Of a stretch of DNA of 64,000 bases, positions 43,003 to 51,150 are shown piece after piece. The first letter of the stretch is position 1, and each line of letters starts with the position of its first letter. The notes beneath the pieces were generated by a model, which was not told where the DNA came from, ran no database searches, and was given only the letters and a program-made list of their open reading frames with translations. Source of the DNA: an uncultured Clostridia bacterium (GTDB taxonomy: Bacteria; Bacillota; Clostridia; Oscillospirales; CAG-272); NCBI GenBank assembly GCA_944391805.1, contig CALXUY010000036.1, positions 4,772 through 68,771 on the forward strand, given 5' to 3'. The translations under genes were made by a program, and so were the position numbers.

Positions 43003-44220
43003 ATGAAATATACTGCGGAGGAAGTGATTCAATATGTCCGGGAGGAGGACGTCAAATTCATCCGTCTGGCTTTCTGCGACATATACGGGAAGCAAAAGAA
43101 CATCTCGATCATGCCGAGCGAGCTTCCGCGCGCCTTTGCGGACGGAATTGCGTTTGACGCCTCCGCGATCCGTGGCTTTGGGGACGAGGCGCGCTCCGAC
43201 CTGATGCTGCACCCGGATCCCTCCACGCTGACAGTGCTGCCCTGGCGCCCCGAGCACGGGCGAGTGGTCCGCATGTTCTGCAGCATCACCTACCCGGACG
43301 GCAGGCTGTTTGAGTGTGACACCCGCAGCATCCTGATCCGGGCGATTGCCGATGCGAAACAGGCAGGCGTCACCTTTGATTTCGGCCCCGAGCTGGAGTT
43401 TTATCTGTTTCAGCTCGACGAACAGGGCAACAAAACCCACACGCCCTATGACGAGGCCGGATATATGGACATCGCCCCCGACGACAAAGGGGAAAACATC
43501 CGTCGGGAGATCTGCCTGATGCTTGAGCAGATGGGCATTCGTCCCGAAAGCTCGCACCATGAGGAGGGCCCGGGGCAGAATGAGATCGACTTCCGCTATT
43601 CGGACGCGCTCACGGCCGCGGACAACGCCATGACCTTTGCCACAGTGGTCAAAACCGTATCGGGCAGAAACGGCCTGTGGGCCGATTTTTCCCCCAAGCC
43701 CCTGAAGGACAAGGCAGGAAACGGGTTCCACATCAACCTGTCCGCCAAAGACAATACCAAACAGGATCTGCTGCCCCACATCATCGCCGGCGTGCTGCAT
43801 CTGATCCCGGAGATGTCCGCCTTCCTCAACCCGAGAGAGGATTCCTATGAGCGCTTCGGCTTCAGCAAGGCTCCGGCTTACATCTCCTGGTCGGCAGAAA
43901 ACCGCTCCCAGCTGATTCGCGTTCCGGCAGCGGTTTATGAGCAAAAGCGGATGGAGCTGCGTTCTCCCGACCCCACCGCGAACCCGTATCTTGCGTTTGC
44001 CCTGATTATTTACGCCGGTCTGTATGGCATTCGGAACCGGTTATTGCCCCCGCCGGCCGCCGATTTCAACCTTTTCAAGGCCGATGAAGCGACATTGAAG
44101 CAGCTTCGGAGACTGCCCGCCTCATTGGATGAGGCCATCGCCGTGATGCAGAAGAGCGAATTCATTCGGGAGCATCTGCCCGCGCAGATCATCGGGCTTT
44201 ACGGCAGAAAACTCATCTGA
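43003..44220 (+). CDS. glnA: Glutamine synthetase family protein, short type I-like (405 aa)
   Basis: Beta-grasp N-terminus VKFIRLAFCDIYGKQK and catalytic motifs FGPELEFYLF, HHEEGPGQNEIDF and NGFHINLS. No adenylylation-loop region seen. Confidence 0.8.
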   Translation: MKYTAEEVIQYVREEDVKFIRLAFCDIYGKQKNISIMPSELPRAFADGIAFDASAIRGFGDEARSDLMLHPDPSTLTVLPWRPEHGRVVRMFCSITYPDGRLFECDTRSILIRAIADAKQAGVTFDFGPELEFYLFQLDEQGNKTHTPYDEAGYMDIAPDDKGENIRREICLMLEQMGIRPESSHHEEGPGQNEIDFRYSDALTAADNAMTFATVVKTVSGRNGLWADFSPKPLKDKAGNGFHINLSAKDNTKQDLLPHIIAGVLHLIPEMSAFLNPREDSYERFGFSKAPAYISWSAENRSQLIRVPAAVYEQKRMELRSPDPTANPYLAFALIIYAGLYGIRNRLLPPPAADFNLFKADEATLKQLRRLPASLDEAIAVMQKSEFIREHLPAQIIGLYGRKLI

Positions 44221-44260
44221 ATCAGAATTTCGGAGTTCCGTGCAAAGGAGGGAGCCAAAC

Positions 44261-44845
44261 ATGAGCTTGCAGGAGAATATCTACAGCGTTCTGGTGGTAT
44301 CCGCATCCGACGCCTTCAATACGGCATTGGCAAATCTGCTCCCTGATTCCAGGTTTGACCCCATCCGAACAGAAACAAGCGTCAACGCGGCAAAGCGTGC
44401 GATTGCGGACCGGGCCTATGATTTTATCGTCGTCAATTCTCCCCTCCCGGATGATACCGGCGTACGCTTTGCCGAGGAGCTGTCCGGCGTCAGAACCACG
44501 GTTGCGCTCCTGATGGTGCGCTCGGACGTCTACGCAGCCACCTACGCGAGAGTTGCCGAGCACGGTGTGTTTGTTCTTCCCAAGCCCACATCCAAGCTCA
44601 TTATGTCTCAGGCGTTTGACTGGATGATCGCCACGCGGGAGCGGCTGAAAAAGTTTGAGAGAAAAACCGTTTCCACCGAGGAAAAAATGAAGGAAATCCG
44701 TCTGGTCAACCGCGCAAAATGGATTCTGATCGACCATCTGAAAATGACCGAGCCGGACGCGCACCGCTACATCGAAAAGCAGGCGATGGACCGCTGCATT
44801 TCCAAGCGGGAGGTCGCGGAGGAAATTATGAAAACCTATACCTGA
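44261..44845 (+). CDS. ANTAR-domain RNA-binding antiterminator with a receiver-like (pseudo-receiver) N-terminus
   Basis: C-terminus IRLVNRAKWILIDHLKMTEPDAHRYIEKQAMDRCISKREVAEEIM fits the ANTAR three-helix pattern. The N-terminal REC-like fold reads DFIVVN where the phospho-Asp is expected. AAGGAGGGA RBS. Confidence 0.8.
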   Translation: MSLQENIYSVLVVSASDAFNTALANLLPDSRFDPIRTETSVNAAKRAIADRAYDFIVVNSPLPDDTGVRFAEELSGVRTTVALLMVRSDVYAATYARVAEHGVFVLPKPTSKLIMSQAFDWMIATRERLKKFERKTVSTEEKMKEIRLVNRAKWILIDHLKMTEPDAHRYIEKQAMDRCISKREVAEEIMKTYT

Positions 44846-44858
44846 CTGCCGAAACATA

Positions 44859-44905
44859 GCGCGCACACCGGTTCTCTGCAAACGGTGCGCGCGTTTGTTA
44901 TTTCT
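44859..44905 (+). terminator. Intrinsic terminator after the ANTAR gene
   Basis: GCGCGCACACCG...CGGTGCGCGC followed by GTTTGTTATTT. Confidence 0.65.
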
Positions 44906-45083
44906 GAAATGAAATTTGCACCTTGGTCAGATGCTGCAACGGCGTAATCCCACAGGCGCGGGAAACCGCCTGTGAAAATTGTTCGGGTTGAGAAATACCA
45001 TCATCGGCAAGCCCCCGAAGAGAAAGCGCCTAAACCTCATTGCGGTTGAAGAAATTCTATGCAAAAAAATTGCGGAAAAGGTA

Positions 45084-45112
45084 TTGACAAAAGCCGCCGT
45101 ATATGATAAAAT
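45084..45112 (+). promoter_or_regulatory. Promoter of tRNA-Leu
   Basis: TTGACA, 17 nt, TAAAAT, ending 17 nt before the tRNA 5' end. Confidence 0.55.
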
Positions 45113-45128
45113 ATAAAGGTCGTGAGAT

Positions 45129-45213
45129 GCGGAAGTGGCGGAACTGGCAGACGCGCACGTTTGAGGGGCGTGTGGTTCACACCGTACGGGTTCAAGTCCC
45201 GTTTTCCGCACCA
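45129..45213 (+). tRNA. tRNA-Leu (anticodon GAG), CCA encoded
   Basis: Hand fold: acceptor GCGGAAG/TTTCCGC, anticodon stem CACGT/GCGTG, loop TTGAGGG, long variable arm, T-arm ACGGG-TTCAAGT-CCCGT. Confidence 0.85.
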
Positions 45214-45220
45214 ATACAGT

Positions 45221-45268
45221 AGGAATCCGGACCCATAGCCGATCGGCTATGGGTCCGGATTCCTTTTT
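45221..45268 (+). terminator. Terminator: perfect 44-nt palindrome plus T-run after tRNA-Leu
   Basis: AGGAATCCGGACCCATAGCCGA / TCGGCTATGGGTCCGGATTCCT followed by TTTT. Confidence 0.75.
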
Positions 45269-45366
45269 GTATTCGGTGATTGCGATGTCAATTGACTTGT
45301 AATCAGATACCGGCCGTTTATATTTCGGCATTCGTTCCGTCAATATGAGCCGGCGGTCCTCTGACA

Positions 45367-46401
45367 CTATTTTTTCATTTGTCCCATCTGCTCATCCCTG
45401 ATCCGATCAAAGTGACGGTTGCGGACGCGGGAAACTGCCTCCCCCATCACCCGCCAGCAGACATCGGCATGCTGACTGCGGTAGGTGTTGGATTCTGCGC
45501 CGCGATAGCTCCAATAAAGAATGGTGCGCGCCCCCGCGTCGTATGCCGCGTCTGTAGCAAGAATGATTTCGTCCTCAAAGCCCGCAGGAATGCTGTAGCC
45601 TTGAATCCACAGATGCGTCTTTTTCCCATACTGTGCGCCAAGCGCGGTCACATCCTTCGTAGCATTGTAAACGAACTCGTATGGCTCGCGATAACGCTGC
45701 GGATTTTCAGGATGCCAATAGGGGTCAATCCCGAAATCATCCACATGCCCAAGCTGCATCAGCCCGCCTGTGTACTCCAGTGTGCGCGGCATGATGCCCA
45801 TGCAGTTCTCCATGCCAAGAGATGCCGCATAGGTTGTCACACAATCAAAATAATTCATCAGGGTCCACGAACGGAAATCCCGCAATTCATCTGTCAGAAC
45901 CGTTGGCATCGGATGATGATAACGGCTTTCGAACAGACGTCTGCAGGTTTCACAATGGCAAGTAAATGCCGATTCCTTTTGCTTGAATCTCGGCTCATCC
46001 CAAAGGATCTTCTTGCCTCCGAACTCCGCAACCGCATCCATCCAGCTTTTGGTAAAATCCACAAACGCTTCGCTGTTATAGCAAGAGCTGACAGGGTCAA
46101 TGGAACCGTCTGAATAAACCTGGTGCGCTTCCGGATGATACTGCAAAAAATGCGATTTATCACCGGGAGGGCCTCCGATGCCCCAGTTGTCAATCCATAC
46201 CTCCAGTCCATAGCCCTCGGAGATGGAGACAATATCCCGCATTACGCCAAGATGACGGTCCCAATCGTTATGAGAAAACATATGCACCACAATATTCATA
46301 CCATGGTTGACAATGTCGCGCATATCATCCTCCACATGGCGGAGAATGCGGTTGCCGTGATATGCAACACCCGTACGTAAAACATGAGCTTGATTCATCA
46401 T
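45367..46401 (-). CDS. Hypothetical cytoplasmic protein, possibly a TIM-barrel glycosidase-like fold
   Basis: 344 aa starting at the ATGATG at 46401 (GGAAAGGAA upstream). No signal peptide. Family not recognised; the fold guess is weak. Confidence 0.45.
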   Translation of the reverse strand: MMNQAHVLRTGVAYHGNRILRHVEDDMRDIVNHGMNIVVHMFSHNDWDRHLGVMRDIVSISEGYGLEVWIDNWGIGGPPGDKSHFLQYHPEAHQVYSDGSIDPVSSCYNSEAFVDFTKSWMDAVAEFGGKKILWDEPRFKQKESAFTCHCETCRRLFESRYHHPMPTVLTDELRDFRSWTLMNYFDCVTTYAASLGMENCMGIMPRTLEYTGGLMQLGHVDDFGIDPYWHPENPQRYREPYEFVYNATKDVTALGAQYGKKTHLWIQGYSIPAGFEDEIILATDAAYDAGARTILYWSYRGAESNTYRSQHADVCWRVMGEAVSRVRNRHFDRIRDEQMGQMKK

Positions 46402-46572
46402 TTGAATTCCTTTCCAATGCTTCTGAATAAACTGATTCTGTAAGAATATTTCGATTGCAGACAATCGCGGATGGAGGGACGCGCCGCGCAATTCCGGCTG
46501 CGGTCCCTGCGCTTTCTGCACGTCGGATTTTTGTCAGCGAGCCAATCCGAAAAGCCCGCAAATTTGGAGTCC

Positions 46573-47451
46573 TCAAAACAAAGACATTGCCACCAGTCCG
46601 GCAGCCATCATGACACACCCTGCGGCATTGACGCCCGATAGCTTTTCGCGAAAGAACATACACGAACAGGCAACGCTCAAAAGCAGCACTCCCGCGTTAT
46701 CAAAGGTATAAAGCACTGTGATATTGATCAGCGGGATGATGTAGACCAACAGATGAATGGCCAGCGTAGAAGCCAGAGCACAGATCAGGAGAAAGGTAAG
46801 CGACTGCTTGGTCTGTCTAAAATCCTTCAAAAACTGCTTTCGTCTTTTGCATGCCAGGAATACAGCCGAAGCAAGTGCCGAGAGCAAATAGGTCAAAATA
46901 ATCATCTCCTCGCGATCCTCCGCCCCTGTGATCCGCTGCTGTACATCGAGCAATGCGCCATAACATCCGTTGAAAACAAACAATCCGATGCAGAGCAGGT
47001 AAAACGACCTGCCCTGTACCTTTTGGTCGTCCTTTTTGTAATTCACCATGCCGTTTGCCACAAGAATGACAGCAACGGCAACCCACTGTACCCAGGAAAG
47101 ACGGTCACCAAAGAACAGAGAGATAAAAGCAGGCAGCAAAATCCCCCCCGACAGCATACACACCATTTGTACCGAATACGGCCCCTTGGTGGAGGCCCCC
47201 ACCATGCAGAAGTTATACCCGATTATCACCGCGGCATTGAGGATGCCATACAGCCATGTGAGCGGTGCAGGAGAAAAATGAAAGCCGCAGGCCACAAAGC
47301 CGGATAAAGCGATGATCATGCCGACAACCACCGAAAAAACCGTTGAGGATATGCTCCTCTCTCCGGGATAGCGCGCCGAATACAGCTTGCAAAACAGGGA
47401 TTGTGCTGTGTACATCACAATCATGGCCAAAATCAAACAGGCAGTCAGCAT
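46573..47451 (-). CDS. Polytopic membrane transporter, DMT/EamA-like
   Basis: About ten hydrophobic helices in two similar halves. Start at the ATG at 47451. Divergent from the AraC regulator gene. Confidence 0.5.
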   Translation of the reverse strand: MLTACLILAMIVMYTAQSLFCKLYSARYPGERSISSTVFSVVVGMIIALSGFVACGFHFSPAPLTWLYGILNAAVIIGYNFCMVGASTKGPYSVQMVCMLSGGILLPAFISLFFGDRLSWVQWVAVAVILVANGMVNYKKDDQKVQGRSFYLLCIGLFVFNGCYGALLDVQQRITGAEDREEMIILTYLLSALASAVFLACKRRKQFLKDFRQTKQSLTFLLICALASTLAIHLLVYIIPLINITVLYTFDNAGVLLLSVACSCMFFREKLSGVNAAGCVMMAAGLVAMSLF

Positions 47452-47587
47452 GTGAAAATGTCCCTTTCTGTTTACAAATAAGCATTTACTTTTTTCGTAA
47501 TATATGATATAATAATTTTGGTAATCATACCGAAGCAGACCGCGCGGCAGACCTCGACCGAATACGGAAAGGAGCGCATATTGATCC

Positions 47588-48493
47588 ATGAATTATCGAT
47601 ATGACAATCATTTCAACGCAAGCTGCAATCATTTGCCGGTTGCATATTACAGGCAGCGATCCAGAGCCGACAAATATCTCATTAAGGACACATTCGGTCA
47701 TCTCACATTTGCTTCTCCGCACAACCATGCGGAATTTGAAATCATCCTGTTTACAAAAGGCTCCGGAAAGGTGACAATCGGGTTTACAGACAAGGAGCTT
47801 GCTTTTGAGGAAGGCGATTTGATTCTGATCAATCCCTTTGAATTCCACGGCGGCTATTACGATGCCGACCATCCGGAATGCTCACATCAATGCCTCGATT
47901 TTTCCGTATCGGTGTTGGAGCACCCGCTCACAACCATGGCAAAGAATCTTGCCAACTCGCTTCTGAATCAATCCATTCGCTGTGAGCATCTCTTTTCCCA
48001 CAAAGAAGAACGTTATGAGGAGTTGAAGCAGGCCTTTTTCGACATGTATCACGCGGTGAGTGATGACGCCGAGGATGATTTGCTCTTTTTCGGAGGGTTG
48101 TTTCGCTTTTTTTCCATCGTCAACTCCTGCGGAAAAATACACACTACGCCGAACAGCTCTGTAAAGGACCCCAACCTCGACTTTATCAAGCAAGTACTGA
48201 ACTATATGGAACAGCACTATACCGAAACGATCTATACACGCGACATTGCAAAAGAACTGGCCTATAACAAAGAGCATTTTTGCAGACTTTTCAAAAGCCA
48301 TTTCGCCACATCGTTCACCACGTATCTGACACAGTTCCGCATTGAAAAGGCCAAATCGCTCCTGCTGCAGGAATCATCCACAAAGGTTGCCGAGCTATGC
48401 GGCTTTTCCAGCCAGAGCAATTTTGCAAAATCGTTCAGAGCCCATGTCGGAATTACACCGGCAAAATATCGGAAATTTGTCACGGGAGATTGA
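47588..48493 (+). CDS. AraC family transcriptional regulator (cupin sensor plus HTH)
   Basis: N-terminal cupin-like HNHAEFEIILF...GDLILINPFEFH. C-terminal AraC HTH FCRLFKSHFATSFTTYLTQFRIEKAKSLL...SNFAKSFRAHVGITPAKYR. Confidence 0.85.
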   Translation: MNYRYDNHFNASCNHLPVAYYRQRSRADKYLIKDTFGHLTFASPHNHAEFEIILFTKGSGKVTIGFTDKELAFEEGDLILINPFEFHGGYYDADHPECSHQCLDFSVSVLEHPLTTMAKNLANSLLNQSIRCEHLFSHKEERYEELKQAFFDMYHAVSDDAEDDLLFFGGLFRFFSIVNSCGKIHTTPNSSVKDPNLDFIKQVLNYMEQHYTETIYTRDIAKELAYNKEHFCRLFKSHFATSFTTYLTQFRIEKAKSLLLQESSTKVAELCGFSSQSNFAKSFRAHVGITPAKYRKFVTGD

Positions 48494-48505
48494 GTCTCCC
48501 GTGAT

Positions 48506-48740
48506 CAGACTGTAGACCAAAGCAACAGGTTTCGTCAGTTTGATGAAAGTTTTGATCAAACTTTTTCAAAAGTTTGCGCGGTCGAGGGCGCGTAGCCCTC
48601 GTCGCCGCCCGCAGGCGGCGAAATTCCTATACGGCGCTTTCTTTTTGCCAAGCTTTTTCTTTGCGCCTACATGCTCAAAGAAAAAGCGGACGAGCGCTTT
48701 TGTGCAATTTTTATTTGACGCGCCTTTTGTCTACAACCTG
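48506..48740. mobile_element. MITE-like non-coding element, copy B (235 bp)
   Basis: Ends CAGACTGTAGACCAAAGC ... GCCTTTTGTCTACAACCTG. Flanked by identical 27-nt copies of the AraC-gene terminator hairpin GTCACGGGAGATTGAGTCTCCCGTGAT (48479-48505 and 48741-48767). Confidence 0.75.
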
Positions 48741-48774
48741 GTCACGGGAGATTGAGTCTCCCGTGATTTTTTAT

Positions 48775-49434
48775 TCAATACGATCTCAGGAACCACTCCA
48801 GCCTGTCGGCAATGCGGGCATGTCCCGCATCGTTTGGATGAAGCCTGTCAGGGCAATATTTTTCACTGATGACCGGTATATTGGGCTGAATACCGCTCAT
48901 CGAGTACAGATCCAGCACAGGAATCGCGTAATACTCGGCCGTCTCACGGATCGCTTTGACGTAATCGATCAGCGGAGCGCTTTCCACCGTTTTTTCCCCT
49001 CCGCCGTATTTTCCCAGCTCCTGGCAGCGGTGCAGGGGCGTCATAAAGACAATCACGGCATCGGGATAGGTTTCAGTCAGATACCGCATCAGGACATGAC
49101 ATGCGCCGTAAAAGCTATGTGTGTTGCGGTCTCCAAAGCTGCCCAGCGGAGCGTTGCCGTGACCGAAATCATTGGTCCCGCCAAACACCACCACAATATC
49201 CGCGTTGGGATCCATTTTCTTTGCCAGATCATAAAAATTCCTGTGATCACTCCATGAGCCGTCGTCCTGCTGCTGCGCCGCAAAGCGCTTACCCGCGTCG
49301 CCGTAATTGCGTACCTCGGCAAGCCCCAAACGGTCCTTGAGCAGATTGCAATAAATTTTGTCCTTGGAAGAGACGCCGATTCCCTCGGTGATGCTGTCTC
49401 CCAAGACATTCATGATTTTTCCCTTCAGTTCCAT
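48775..49434 (-). CDS. SGNH/GDSL family hydrolase (esterase)
   Basis: Block I VLGDSITEG, block III FGGTNDF, block V DRLHPN. Confidence 0.8.
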   Translation of the reverse strand: MELKGKIMNVLGDSITEGIGVSSKDKIYCNLLKDRLGLAEVRNYGDAGKRFAAQQQDDGSWSDHRNFYDLAKKMDPNADIVVVFGGTNDFGHGNAPLGSFGDRNTHSFYGACHVLMRYLTETYPDAVIVFMTPLHRCQELGKYGGGEKTVESAPLIDYVKAIRETAEYYAIPVLDLYSMSGIQPNIPVISEKYCPDRLHPNDAGHARIADRLEWFLRSY

Positions 49435-49436
49435 TT

Positions 49437-51092
49437 TCAGTCTTCCTTTTGATCAATTCGGATTCGCTTCAGCCGAACGCAGGCATGCTCCAGCACCAGA
49501 TATAGTCCGCGACGTTCCGCCGGGATATATTCCCATTCAAAAACCGTTGCGGAATTGCATTTCAGCAGCCCCAGCTTTTTTTCGGCATCCAATGTCAGCT
49601 CAAAATTGAGCATCTGCTCAGAGGACGGGAGCCACAGTACCGCATCCTCGTTCCACACCGTGGGAGAAGCGTCATTACAGATCAGGCCGGCTCTGCCGCC
49701 GTCGGACGTCTCAATCCCGGCCTGAAGCGTCAGGGTATAAGAGGGCGCGTCCTGCAAAAGCCCCGGGCGAAGCAGCTCGCAAACCGCCCTGCCCTCCTCT
49801 TGCGACAGTTCGCAGCACCCCTGGGAAAGATGAATTTCCGGCGGCGCGTATCCCGTGGCTCCCCCGGTCACGCACGACCATCCGAGATCCACAACCCGGC
49901 CGGTATGCGTAAAATCCTCATCATAAAGGGGAGTTGGAGGCGCCGGTCTTCTGTCTGCTGCCGCAGCGGGATCGGCAAGGCTCATATCCAGCACGTCGGT
50001 TCCGTTTCCCTCCACAAAAATATGCCTGATGTGGGGCGACGTGCGCAAAAAGCGGTTGCTGTTCCAAAGGCGGACGGGATGGTACCAAAAATCGGGGCAT
50101 GGCCACAGCAGGGCGTCGGGGTCGGAACGCCGGTAGAGCTCCGGAGAGCCGCCGTCATAACCGTGGTGCCCGACCTGCAGGATGTCGCATTTGAGCGCCC
50201 CTGCCGGAAAGCTGCGGCAAACCTCCTCGCATGCCGCAAATTCGGCGTCGCCCAACCACAACACCCGCTTGTTCTCCAGCTCCATACGGAGCACAAGCGA
50301 GGAATCATTGGTATTGCGGATCTCATCCGGATACAGGTCCTCACAGGCAAACAGCACATCAAATATCGCGTCTCCATAGCAGAACCGCTGCCCTGTATGC
50401 GGAACAATCACCTCCACACCCAACGCTTCCACAAGCGCGTCAAACGCGGATGTGTCGCAGGGATATTTGCATCGCCCGGCAAGCGGCCAGTTATAGTGAA
50501 GCCGCTCCAGAACGACGCGGTCACCGTATTTCCGGCAAAATTTCATAAAGCAGCGGTAATGATCCTCATGCGGATGGGTGATAAACCATGCGGCGATGAC
50601 AGGACGCTCCAGAACATTTTGCGCAGCCAGTGTGTCATACAGGCGGTCAGCCTCCTCATATTCATCATAACCGCCGTCGATCATCACAAACCTTCCGTCG
50701 GAGAGGCGAATGACATAGGACATACCGCAATCGGCTTTGCAATAGGCCAGCCTGACCTGTGTGATCAACGGGGTTGTGACCGCCGGGGCAGCCGCTCCGG
50801 CCGCGCGGGGAGAAAGCCCTTTGCTCCCCGGCTCGACTACCATGCGCAGCTTTTCGCCAAACGCAAAGAAGCTCACAAAAAGCGTTTCATCCTCTCCAAC
50901 ATAAACTGCAAAGCGGTTGCCGTACTCTTCGCGTTCGGTATCCAGTGCAAAGCCCGCCGTGCCCAATGCCCGGCAGAATGCCGTATACGCAGCCGCATCT
51001 GCGGAGACTGTCAGCACATAAGCACCGCCAAATGCGGAGCATGCTTCGGTCAGGCTCCAATACTGCTTACAAAAATCAAGAATTTTCATCAT
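49437..51092 (-). CDS. MBL-fold metallo-hydrolase with a C-terminal jelly-roll module, no signal peptide
   Basis: HxHxDH motif (THPHEDH), ComEC-like MBL pattern LWLGDAE and QVGHHG. The C-terminal segment begins LYDEDF like the secreted modules upstream. Confidence 0.65.
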   Translation of the reverse strand: MMKILDFCKQYWSLTEACSAFGGAYVLTVSADAAAYTAFCRALGTAGFALDTEREEYGNRFAVYVGEDETLFVSFFAFGEKLRMVVEPGSKGLSPRAAGAAAPAVTTPLITQVRLAYCKADCGMSYVIRLSDGRFVMIDGGYDEYEEADRLYDTLAAQNVLERPVIAAWFITHPHEDHYRCFMKFCRKYGDRVVLERLHYNWPLAGRCKYPCDTSAFDALVEALGVEVIVPHTGQRFCYGDAIFDVLFACEDLYPDEIRNTNDSSLVLRMELENKRVLWLGDAEFAACEEVCRSFPAGALKCDILQVGHHGYDGGSPELYRRSDPDALLWPCPDFWYHPVRLWNSNRFLRTSPHIRHIFVEGNGTDVLDMSLADPAAAADRRPAPPTPLYDEDFTHTGRVVDLGWSCVTGGATGYAPPEIHLSQGCCELSQEEGRAVCELLRPGLLQDAPSYTLTLQAGIETSDGGRAGLICNDASPTVWNEDAVLWLPSSEQMLNFELTLDAEKKLGLLKCNSATVFEWEYIPAERRGLYLVLEHACVRLKRIRIDQKED

Positions 51093-51150
51093 ATCATTCC
51101 TTTAAGGGGGATCGGTTCTTTGCAATACCGGGTGGCAGGCACTCCGGCAT

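Noticed and set aside
44927-45367. 146-aa minus-strand ORF
   Set aside because: It runs straight through the tRNA-Leu gene, its promoter and its terminator.
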